From Occultella glacieicola (GTDB lineage: Bacteria; Actinomycetota; Actinomycetes; Actinomycetales; Beutenbergiaceae), in contig NZ_SMNA01000006.1 in NCBI RefSeq assembly GCF_004353825.1, forward strand, positions 1 to 64,000: 64,000 bases of DNA. The letters are read 5' to 3'. This document shows positions 18,501-25,150 of the stretch, one piece after another. The notes beneath the pieces were generated by a model. That model saw only the letters and a list, made by a program, of their open reading frames with translations, was not told the origin of the DNA and did not search any database. Position numbers and translations under genes: made by a program. Position 1 is the stretch's first letter, and every line of letters begins with the position of its first letter.

Positions 18501-21500
18501 CGAGCGTGAGCGTCGAGCCACCACTGACCCTGGCCGCGGCAACCGGGGTGCGGGTGACCCGGCTGAAGGAATCCGATCGGAGTCAGGACACCGGCACCGG
18601 CGCCACCCAGTCCGGGGACGACCTCGCCCTCGAGGTGCGCTCCTCGGCCGTGTTCGCCGTCGGCCAGGCGGTGCGCCTCGAGGTCGGTGGCGCCCACCAC
18701 GTCCGCCGGGTCTCCGCCGTCGCGGACGTGGCACTCGAGACGGTGGACGAACTGGTGGGTACGGCGCCGTTCACCCTCACCAGGTTCACCGGGGCCTCCT
18801 CGACCACGAGCGCGCACCTCTCCGCGTCGCGGTTCGTCCGGCACACCGGCGGGGCGTTGCCGTCGGTGTACGGCGACTGGCCCGCGGAGCTGATGGGACT
18901 GGTGACCGGGCTCTACTGGCCGGACCACCAGGCGATGGGCTGGCGGTTCTTCCTCAAGGGCGCTCCGGCCGGGCTCCACCCGGACTTCCGGGACACCTGG
19001 CAGCCTCTGACCCTGGGCGCGGATCACTATTGGCTGCTCGCCTCCGACCTGAGGATCACCGGCGAGGGGGTGAACCAGTTCTGGGAACCGGATCTCGACG
19101 ACACCTACCCCGACCGGCACCGTCAGCGCATCTTTCCCGCGTCCGCCAGCCCGCCCGCGCCGCCGATCCCAGTCAGCGTGCGTGGCTTCGTGACGACCGG
19201 GGTGCACCGGCCCGACGCGGGTGGCGGCAAAGTGCTGGTCCGACGCGCCGAGGTCCAGGTGCCGGAGGCTCCGCTCGTGCGCTGGAGCCTGGCCGACTCG
19301 CTCGCCGAGCACGAACTCTCGCACGCCGTGCAGAACACCTACTGGGGTCCGCTGCTCGGCGCCCTGCCCGTCCAGGGCGTGATCCGCACCCTGAGGGACG
19401 TCTGGGCGGCCACCGGCGACGAGCCGCCGACCTGGTTGTCCTGGACCCCGTTCGACGAGGCCGCCGGCGCGGTGGGCTTCAACGACACGAACATCTTCGA
19501 GCTGTTCAGCATCGGCGGCATCATGCAGCTGCTCTGGACGTTCGTGATCCTCGGCCCGGCGCTCGGCAACGAGGAGGCCCGGGAGGCGCTGCTCTCCCTG
19601 GACTTCGACGATTGGGCCCAGGTGTTCAACCCGGTCAACCAGCAGATCATCCGCAACCTCCCGCAGGTGGACCCGGACGCTCCCGCGGACGAACGGTGGC
19701 CGATCGCGCTCGGCCGGTTCTTCGCCTCCGGGCTCGATCTGCGTTCCTGGACCCCCTTCCTCGGGCTCGTGCCCACGTGGCTGCCGGACGGGGAGAAAAA
19801 CTTCCTCGAGCAGCAGGCGAGCCGGTGGAGCGGTGACCTGTACTCCACCCTGCTGACCGCGAACGACCGGTTCAACCTGACCACGTCGGCGATCGGCCGG
19901 GACATCCACGACGCCGACCTGTCCGTGGCGCTGGGTCGGGGGGTGCGGATCATGGGGTTCTTCAACAACCGGGACGACCGCAACACCCAACTCGACTCGT
20001 GCGACGCCCCGGGTTCGTCGCTCACACGGCTCGACGCGCCGCCCGACCACCCGTCCGGCACGCCACCGGTCATGCAAGAGTTCAACCAGTTCTTCGAGCT
20101 GACCGCGGACGCCACGGGTGCGCACCTGTGGGTGCCCGAGGAGCTCTACGAGTCGGTCCGCACCACCGCGCCGACGACGGTCCAGGTGGACGGCCCGGTG
20201 CCGTCCGGCGGCGGGGCGGCACCGACCGCGGGGTTCCTGCGGGTGCCCGCGGGCGGGGTGTTGGCGCCCCGGCTGCGCGCCATCGTGCCGGTCCCGCCGG
20301 CCGTGATGCGCTCCGTCGGGTTCTACCTGATCGGCGCCGCGCCCGGCACCTGGCACGTCGCCACCGACACGCCCAGCAGCACACCGGCCGCCGACAACGC
20401 CCACACCAACACGGCGGAGATCACCTTTTCGAGCGCCGTGCGGCTGGGCGAGGAGGACGTCGCGTGGAACGAACCGTTCGCCTCGGGCGTCCCGGCGACC
20501 ACCCCGCAGGCGACCCTGGTCGAGCGGTTCATCACCGAGACGCAGCGGTTGCGGGTCGAGGCCGTCAAGGTGAACCAGCTCGTGGCGCAGGCCGAGGCCC
20601 CGATCAGGCTGACCTCCGGAGCGGACGGTGAGGGCTGGGACCTCACCGTCGACCTGCCCGCGCCGCCGGCCACACTGCCGCACGAGGCGAGGGTCCGGAT
20701 CTGGGCCACGATCGGCAGGAACGACCCTGAGTTGTTCGATCTGCACCAAGCCGACATCGACTCCCTTCGGGACCGGCGCAGTTACCTCGACGCCGACCTG
20801 TTCGTCCCGGTCCGGGACTTCCTGGTGCGCGTCGTCGACCTGCCCGTCCTGCCCGACGGGGTCATCGCGGCCGCCGAGGACTTCGACGTGGACGTACCGG
20901 TCAAGCTGAGCGGGCCGGCCGCGATCATCCCGACCGGGACCACTCTCGCCGTCGAGCGGGTCGAGGACCGGCCGCCCCGGGGTGAGCGGTGGCGGTTGCA
21001 CGTCGCCGGGCGCCGGGCGGTGCCCGAGCAGGTGGTGGTGCCCGTGACCGTCCGGTTCGGCACCGGCACCGGCACGGTGGACCGCACGTTCGACGTCACG
21101 GTCAACCCGAACTTCACGATCGACAAGGCCCCCGCCGTCGCGGCCTACGAGGCGACCCCGGCCGCGCCTCTGGTCCTGACCGTGACCGGGGCGACCGGGG
21201 CGTTGTCCGTGGCGAACGAGCCGCCGGCCGACTCCCGCACGGTCGTCACCATCACCGGGACCACGGTCACGGTCACCGTCCAGGGGCCCGGTCCCCGGGC
21301 GGACACCGCCTACGACCTGGTACTCGAGGACGGCAACCAGCGCCTCGGCATCCGCCGGATCACGCTCAAGGGCACCTGGACCACCGTGCGCCTGCACACG
21401 AAGGTGCTCACCGAGCCGGATGTCGACGTCGACACCGCGATCGAGGCGATGCGGGAGGTCTACGAGAGCGTGGGCGTCGCCGTCGTGCACGTCTCCACGG

Positions 21501-21880
21501 AGGAGCTCACCCTGCCCGCACTGAACGACGTCGACGTCGGCACGTGCGTGACGGGGGTGACGACCGCCGAGCAGAACACGCTCTTCGCGAACCGCAACAG
21601 TGCCCTGGCCAGCGACGTCGTCGTCTACTTCGTCCGTTCGACGGTCCCGCCGCTCAACGGCTGCGCCGCACACCCGCCGGGCCGGCCGGGTGCGGTCGTC
21701 GCGCGGGGCGCCACCCGGTGGACCCTCGGGCACGAGGTGGGACACGTGCTCGGGCTCGCGCACGTCGACCCGACCGACCGGCTGATGACCGGCGGCGGCA
21801 CGTCGAACATCACGAACCCGCCCCCGGACCTGACCGCCGCCGAGACGGCCACGATGTTCACCAGTCCCTTCACCAACTGA
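15548..21880 (+). CDS. Rhs/YD-repeat polymorphic effector with two zinc-metalloprotease motifs
   Basis: GAGGAGG RBS before ATG 15548. YD repeats include FDYDPNGRR, YRYDALGQLV and YGWDGLGRR. The Rhs core reads PFG...GGRELDTETGTFLTPDP...DPLSRPDVDGH. It carries HELSH at 19310 and HEVGHVLGLAH plus a Met-turn at 21731. Confidence 0.9.
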   Translation: MSTIEDVGPGVTAAPRVVADAARGRRVVTLDPAGRPVRVELPDGESLHVTRDPTLQRLALRDGHGTLIARIHTDTAPGAWYRRPPPPGVDTVHRVSADDPTGTTSLTASATMVRQERDGAVLRIDSDPDGRPARVTLPGLARDLHYRPVGAGCWDVTVGGVRLLGLAGGPDALRCDLGEGAGWVRREWPGVLTFTGTDGTEILTERRDRAGRVHSRRWPGTAEFSYERDDRSRLVTWTRTGPDGAALAQRRTYSGPELSAVVTGRRRTVVRTDVGGRVRRLIGPSQTVTFDYDPNGRRTRRTSGTGDRAATEYRYDALGQLVEARGPDGESTRYGWDGLGRRLWVERAGRRFTEHRDPTGRLWSVTDADGALVHAFVWWEGRVLARLGPDGRLDEAYLTDRVGTLLGLATPASGWVFSEAIQPPFGAVTAAWRPTLFGHIADGATTLICFGGRELDTETGTFLTPDPWHGGPDDPRAVGGQTATELARVAERPASGVHAYHLSQGDPLSRPDVDGHFAWGNLVLTIFLGPTWGFPLTSLSVFAFEPLNLYFEIFGLLGALFTWNGHPWPQHSLGTMRGGTAGRVGTVALALNGFIPRVFAGGIDADRAVTIGHVAWENRRFFELLDRPRVLELDDVRGTPRPDGTPSGDARAFSDVRQGSVLALVGTDTDARTWVQGTWWSRGPGNAVGLRGGRQSFEDRGAAGAAHVRGTMFMAQPLREIMPRPFSADDGGRIEVHEYAAVGGHSSTGVLVSEVWFAFSVPADAGLAAATVVEVAAAGAVAPAYGAITQVVPASEPVVILDHELPSRFHSPSVRADAVALRVMTSGTATSAGWAAVAAPPNRAVHLTAPGHPVAVDDVFAFLPTAPGGPVPATPERPQTYTRVSKVTLTLTLDPPIASLTLAGAAAFRLTTDGTALLGSVADPAAHPDVVTFLDDPGLDVGDDLAVAPTGTGATVQYARVSAVTPATPAVPPDGGTPGTPAVPASVSVEPPLTLAAATGVRVTRLKESDRSQDTGTGATQSGDDLALEVRSSAVFAVGQAVRLEVGGAHHVRRVSAVADVALETVDELVGTAPFTLTRFTGASSTTSAHLSASRFVRHTGGALPSVYGDWPAELMGLVTGLYWPDHQAMGWRFFLKGAPAGLHPDFRDTWQPLTLGADHYWLLASDLRITGEGVNQFWEPDLDDTYPDRHRQRIFPASASPPAPPIPVSVRGFVTTGVHRPDAGGGKVLVRRAEVQVPEAPLVRWSLADSLAEHELSHAVQNTYWGPLLGALPVQGVIRTLRDVWAATGDEPPTWLSWTPFDEAAGAVGFNDTNIFELFSIGGIMQLLWTFVILGPALGNEEAREALLSLDFDDWAQVFNPVNQQIIRNLPQVDPDAPADERWPIALGRFFASGLDLRSWTPFLGLVPTWLPDGEKNFLEQQASRWSGDLYSTLLTANDRFNLTTSAIGRDIHDADLSVALGRGVRIMGFFNNRDDRNTQLDSCDAPGSSLTRLDAPPDHPSGTPPVMQEFNQFFELTADATGAHLWVPEELYESVRTTAPTTVQVDGPVPSGGGAAPTAGFLRVPAGGVLAPRLRAIVPVPPAVMRSVGFYLIGAAPGTWHVATDTPSSTPAADNAHTNTAEITFSSAVRLGEEDVAWNEPFASGVPATTPQATLVERFITETQRLRVEAVKVNQLVAQAEAPIRLTSGADGEGWDLTVDLPAPPATLPHEARVRIWATIGRNDPELFDLHQADIDSLRDRRSYLDADLFVPVRDFLVRVVDLPVLPDGVIAAAEDFDVDVPVKLSGPAAIIPTGTTLAVERVEDRPPRGERWRLHVAGRRAVPEQVVVPVTVRFGTGTGTVDRTFDVTVNPNFTIDKAPAVAAYEATPAAPLVLTVTGATGALSVANEPPADSRTVVTITGTTVTVTVQGPGPRADTAYDLVLEDGNQRLGIRRITLKGTWTTVRLHTKVLTEPDVDVDTAIEAMREVYESVGVAVVHVSTEELTLPALNDVDVGTCVTGVTTAEQNTLFANRNSALASDVVVYFVRSTVPPLNGCAAHPPGRPGAVVARGATRWTLGHEVGHVLGLAHVDPTDRLMTGGGTSNITNPPPDLTAAETATMFTSPFTN

Positions 21881-21891
21881 GTAGGCTCGAG

Positions 21892-22269
21892 ATGACCGTC
21901 ACGATGCAGGACGTCCGCCGGATCCTCGACCCGGAGGAGCCCAGGTACGACCGGATCCCGGCCCTCGGACCGCAGGCCCTGCCCCACCTGCGCGAACTCG
22001 CCGCCGGCGACGACCCGATGCTCGCCTCCAAGGCCGTCTTCGCCGCCAGCATGCTCGAGGGTGCCACCGGTGCCCCGGTGGTCGACGCGGGTGCCCACCA
22101 CGAGGACCCGATCGTCCGGGTCGCCGCTGCCGCAGCGACCCAGAATCTCCCGGCCGAGGAAGCCGGGGCGGTGCTGCGCGACCTCGTCGGCGACGACGAC
22201 TCCGGCGTGCGCAAGGTCGCCCTCGCGTCGGCTCCCCGACCGGACCCCGGCCCATCCGTCAGCGCCTGA
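21892..22269 (+). CDS. Small HEAT-repeat protein (candidate immunity or partner of the metalloprotease domain)
   Basis: 125 aa starting 11 bp after the Rhs stop. HEAT-like units are ALPHLRELAAGDDPMLASKAV, HEDPIVRVAAAAA and DDDSGVRKVAL. Confidence 0.75.
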   Translation: MTVTMQDVRRILDPEEPRYDRIPALGPQALPHLRELAAGDDPMLASKAVFAASMLEGATGAPVVDAGAHHEDPIVRVAAAAATQNLPAEEAGAVLRDLVGDDDSGVRKVALASAPRPDPGPSVSA

Positions 22270-22331
22270 TGTGGTGTGGGTCCTGCCCTCCGGTTCCGGC
22301 CGTCCGTCCGGTCCTGACGGCGTAGCCTGGG

Positions 22332-22940
22332 GTGGTGCCACGCAGTGCCGTGCGGCATGCCCGTCGTGCCCTGACCGACCGTGGGAGCGCGCGCCGAGCC
22401 ACGCTCCTGCTGGTGTCCTGCGAGAGCGTCGTCGGCGCCTGTGTCCTCGTGCTCGCGCTGGCCGGCCTCGGTCTGCTCCAGCGCGGCCCGTCGTGGTCCA
22501 CGCCGACGTCGGGGGAGTTGTCCTCGGCGTTCGGGCCACGGGCCGACCCGTTCACCGGCGTCCCCGGCCTGCACGCCGGGCAGGACATCCGCAACGACTG
22601 TGGGACTGCGGTGTTCGCCGCGGCGGACGGCGTGGTGCGTTACGCGGCACCTGGCCCGTACCAGGGCCGGACCGGCAACCAGATCGTCATCGACCACTCA
22701 GGCGGCATCAGCACGCGGTACGGCCACGTCCTCACCGGAACTATGGTGGTCGAAGCAGGGGATCGGGTCACCGCCGGGTCACAGATCGCGCAGATGGGTG
22801 GCGACCAGGACCTGGACCCGATCGGCGCCGGCAACAGCACCGGCTGTCACCTGCACTTCGAGGTAAACATCGACGACGAGCCGGTCGATCCGCTCGCGTA
22901 CCTGCTCACGCTGGGCGTGACGATCGCGGCCGAGCCCTGA
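22332..22940 (+). CDS. M23 family metallopeptidase (peptidoglycan endopeptidase); start uncertain
   Basis: Contains SSAFGPR, HAGQD (HxxxD), AAADGVV, GNQIVIDH, TRYGHV, GNSTGCHLHFEV (HxH) and VDPL, preceded by one hydrophobic stretch. Confidence 0.85.
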   Translation: MVPRSAVRHARRALTDRGSARRATLLLVSCESVVGACVLVLALAGLGLLQRGPSWSTPTSGELSSAFGPRADPFTGVPGLHAGQDIRNDCGTAVFAAADGVVRYAAPGPYQGRTGNQIVIDHSGGISTRYGHVLTGTMVVEAGDRVTAGSQIAQMGGDQDLDPIGAGNSTGCHLHFEVNIDDEPVDPLAYLLTLGVTIAAEP

Positions 22941-22977
22941 GGCAGCACCCCGGCGACGCGCCGGTGCCTGACGCGAA

Positions 22978-23009
22978 CAGGCCCGTCCGGAACGTTCCGA
23001 ACGGGCCTG
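22978..23009. terminator. Hairpin between the convergent M23 gene and tRNA operon (likely bidirectional terminator)
   Basis: CAGGCCCGTCCGGAAC/GTTCCGAACGGGCCTG, an inverted repeat with one mismatch. Confidence 0.7.
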
Positions 23010-23020
23010 CATCCTCTGGG

Positions 23021-23092
23021 TGGGCGATACTGGGATCGAACCAGTGACCTCTTCCGTGTCAGGGAAGCGCGCTACCGCTGCGCCAATCGCCC
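23021..23092 (-). tRNA. tRNA-Val(GAC)
   Basis: Reverse complement GGGCGATTGGCGCAGCGGTAGCGCGCTTCCCT-GAC-ACGGAAGAGGTCACTGGTTCGATCCCAGTATCGCCCA folds as a cloverleaf. Confidence 0.97.
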
Positions 23093-23100
23093 GGGCTGCG

Positions 23101-23171
23101 AGGTGGGTACGGGATTCGAACCCGTGTATACGGCTTTGCAGGCCGCTGCCTCGCCTCTCGGCCAACCCACC
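23101..23171 (-). tRNA. tRNA-Cys(GCA)
   Basis: Reverse complement GGTGGGTTGGCCGAGAGGCGAGGCAGCGGCCT-GCA-AAGCCGTATACACGGGTTCGAATCCCGTACCCACCT. Confidence 0.97.
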
Positions 23172-23209
23172 GGTGGTACGTGCTGGGACCCACCGGAGTG
23201 GTGCCTCCG

Positions 23210-23282
23210 AGCGGACGACGGGACTCGAACCCGCGACCCTCACCTTGGCAAGGTGATGCTCTACCAACTGAGCCACGTCCGC
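23210..23282 (-). tRNA. tRNA-Gly(GCC)
   Basis: Reverse complement GCGGACGTGGCTCAGTTGGTAGAGCATCACCTT-GCC-AAGGTGAGGGTCGCGGGTTCGAGTCCCGTCGTCCGCT. Confidence 0.97.
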
Positions 23283-23384
23283 ATGCTCGCATTGTGCCAC
23301 CGAAGTGGTTTCTGCGTGCGTCGGAGACTCTAACCCAGTCTCGTGGCGAACGTCCAACTCGCCCCACCTGGGTAGCGTGTGACC

Positions 23385-24494
23385 GTGACCACACCGCCGC
23401 CCCCGCCCGATCGGGGCCGGGCCTGGTTCCGCGGAGTCCGTGCCCGGGACGTCGTCGACTACGCCGATCTGGCCCGGGAGCCGGAGGCGCTGGCCGCCGG
23501 CGGCTGGTGGGTGGTGGTCGCCGAGTTCGAGGGCCCGGTGCACGCCTGGCGCTTCGGCGACGTGCACCGAACCGGTGCCGCCGACGCGGTGGTGCGCGAG
23601 GCTCCGCCGTGGCGGGGACCGGCCCCGGGGCGCTGGCGCACCAGCATGTCGCGGGAGGAGTACGTCGGCGCCGTCGAGGCGGTCCGCTCCGCCGTCCTCG
23701 AGGGCGAGGTCTATCAGGCGAACATCTGCCGGGTGCTGTCCGCGCCCCTGACGGGGCCGCAACCGTCGCCCGCGGTGCCCGACGGCGGTGGCTGGCGTCC
23801 GGATGCCGCCGCCCTCGCCGTACGCCTCGCCACGGGCAATCCCGCGCCGTACGCGGCGCTCGTGGACGTTCCGGCGGCACCCGAGTGGCCGGGCAGCTGG
23901 GTGGTCAGCGCCTCCCCGGAGCTGTCCGTGCGGGTGCGCGACGGGTACGTCACGTCCGGGCCGATCAAGGGCACCGCGGTCACGGCCGACGGGCTCGGCG
24001 CGAAGGACCGCGCCGAAAACATCATGATCACCGACCTGGTCCGCAACGACCTGGCCCGGGTGTGCCTGCCCGGCACCGTGGAGGTCACCGACCTCCTCGC
24101 CACCGAGGAGCACCCCGGCCTGGTGCACCTGGTCTCCCGGGTGCGGGGCAGGTTGGCGCCGGGACCGGGCGGTGGGGTGGACTGGGCGGCCCTACTCGCG
24201 GCGACCCACCCGCCCGGCTCGGTCTCCGGGGCACCGAAGTCCTCCGCGCTCCGCCTCATCGGCGAGCTCGAGCCCACGTCCCGGGGGCCGTACTGCGGCC
24301 AGATCGGCTGGCTGGACGCCGATGCGGGCGAGGCGCGTCTCGCCGTCGGGATCCGGACGTTCTGGTGGGCGGACGGCATGCTGCGCTTCGGCACCGGCGC
24401 CGGGATCACCTGGGGCAGCGACGCCCAGGCCGAGTGGGAGGAGACCGAACTCAAGGCTCGTCGGCTCGTCGGACTCGCGTCCACGTCGCGCTAG
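23385..24494 (+). CDS. Chorismate-binding enzyme (anthranilate / aminodeoxychorismate synthase component I-like)
   Basis: Contains GEVYQANICR, SASPEL, PIKGT, KDRAENIMITDLVRNDL, PPGSVSGAPK, RGPYCG and GAGITWGSD. The start is placed at the GTG 6 nt after a TAGCGT -10 box. Confidence 0.9.
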   Translation: MTTPPPPPDRGRAWFRGVRARDVVDYADLAREPEALAAGGWWVVVAEFEGPVHAWRFGDVHRTGAADAVVREAPPWRGPAPGRWRTSMSREEYVGAVEAVRSAVLEGEVYQANICRVLSAPLTGPQPSPAVPDGGGWRPDAAALAVRLATGNPAPYAALVDVPAAPEWPGSWVVSASPELSVRVRDGYVTSGPIKGTAVTADGLGAKDRAENIMITDLVRNDLARVCLPGTVEVTDLLATEEHPGLVHLVSRVRGRLAPGPGGGVDWAALLAATHPPGSVSGAPKSSALRLIGELEPTSRGPYCGQIGWLDADAGEARLAVGIRTFWWADGMLRFGTGAGITWGSDAQAEWEETELKARRLVGLASTSR

Positions 24495-24596
24495 GAGCCG
24501 AGTGCGTCCGGTCACGGCCGGCAGTGTCGTTCAGCCCTCTCGGGCGCTGCTAGTATCGTTCCTCGTCAGCCGCACGGCTCGAACAGCGTGCAGCGC

Positions 24597-24668
24597 GGGC
24601 GATTGGCTCAGTGGTAGAGCGCCTCGTTCACACCGAGGAGGTCACTGGTTCGAACCCAGTATCGCCCA
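24597..24668 (+). tRNA. tRNA-Val(CAC)
   Basis: GGGCGATTGGCTCAGTGGTAGAGCGCCTCGTT-CAC-ACCGAGGAGGTCACTGGTTCGAACCCAGTATCGCCCA, with a TAGTAT -10 box at 24551. Confidence 0.97.
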
Positions 24669-24674
24669 CACCCG

Positions 24675-24714
24675 GACCCGCTGGTCAGAGGTCAGAACCT
24701 CCGGCCAGCGGGTC
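24675..24714 (+). terminator. Hairpin downstream of tRNA-Val(CAC)
   Basis: GACCCGCTGG...CCAGCGGGTC stem followed by TCTTGCGTT. Confidence 0.65.
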
Positions 24715-24775
24715 TCTTGCGTTCACGGTGCGCCGTTCCGCAGCCCGACTGCCACCGAGTGTGCGGGGGCTTCCC

Positions 24776-24988
24776 CTATGGACTCTCGCCAGATCGCCAC
24801 GCAAGCATCCTTGCCGCGACATCACGCCAGTCAATCGGGTCGTCGCGCTCCTCGGCCTCCTCGACGTACTCGGCGAGCCTCTGGAACAGCATCTCGGCGG
24901 TGACTCCCTGCCAACGGCCCGGATGGTCATACGCGTCGTCGCGGAGGTCCCAGAAATTGTCCACGAGTCTGCGCTCGACGTCCGCCAT
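24776..24988 (-). CDS. Small acidic Trp-rich hypothetical protein (70 aa), probably leaderless
   Basis: MADVERRLVDNFWDLRDDAYDHPGRWQGVTAEMLFQRLAEYVEE...WRDVAARMLAW, with TATCCT 6 nt upstream of the ATG. Confidence 0.6.
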   Translation of the reverse strand: MADVERRLVDNFWDLRDDAYDHPGRWQGVTAEMLFQRLAEYVEEAEERDDPIDWRDVAARMLAWRSGESP

Positions 24989-25150
24989 CGAGAAAGGATA
25001 GGCGTGGCGACGAGTTGCGCTTCCTCTCCACGGCCCGCGCGGGCCTGAGCGTGATGCATCACGTGGTGCAGAACGGACACGATGGCCGGGCGCCGATGGC
25101 TACTCTGAGCGCGAGACCGGCGAGGTGGCCGGCCTGATCTGGAAGGCCAG

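Noticed and set aside
15431..21763. 2110-aa minus-strand ORF antisense to the Rhs gene, and similar long shadow ORFs (e.g. 11149-14736, 3448-5484, 56609-58594)
   Set aside because: These are typical antisense shadows in high-GC DNA. They have Arg/Gly/His-rich nonsense composition and no motifs, while the opposite strand has recognisable genes.
1..22940. Interpretation as a prophage tail module or a T6SS
   Set aside because: No head, packaging, integrase or holin genes and no TssJ/L/M, TssK or ClpV are seen. An Rhs cassette follows the fibres. This is not fully excluded because the 5' part is outside the window.
23021..24668. Near-identical inverted sequences flanking the chorismate-binding gene, suggesting an invertible segment
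   Set aside because: They are simply two tRNA-Val isoacceptor genes on opposite strands, and no recombinase is nearby.
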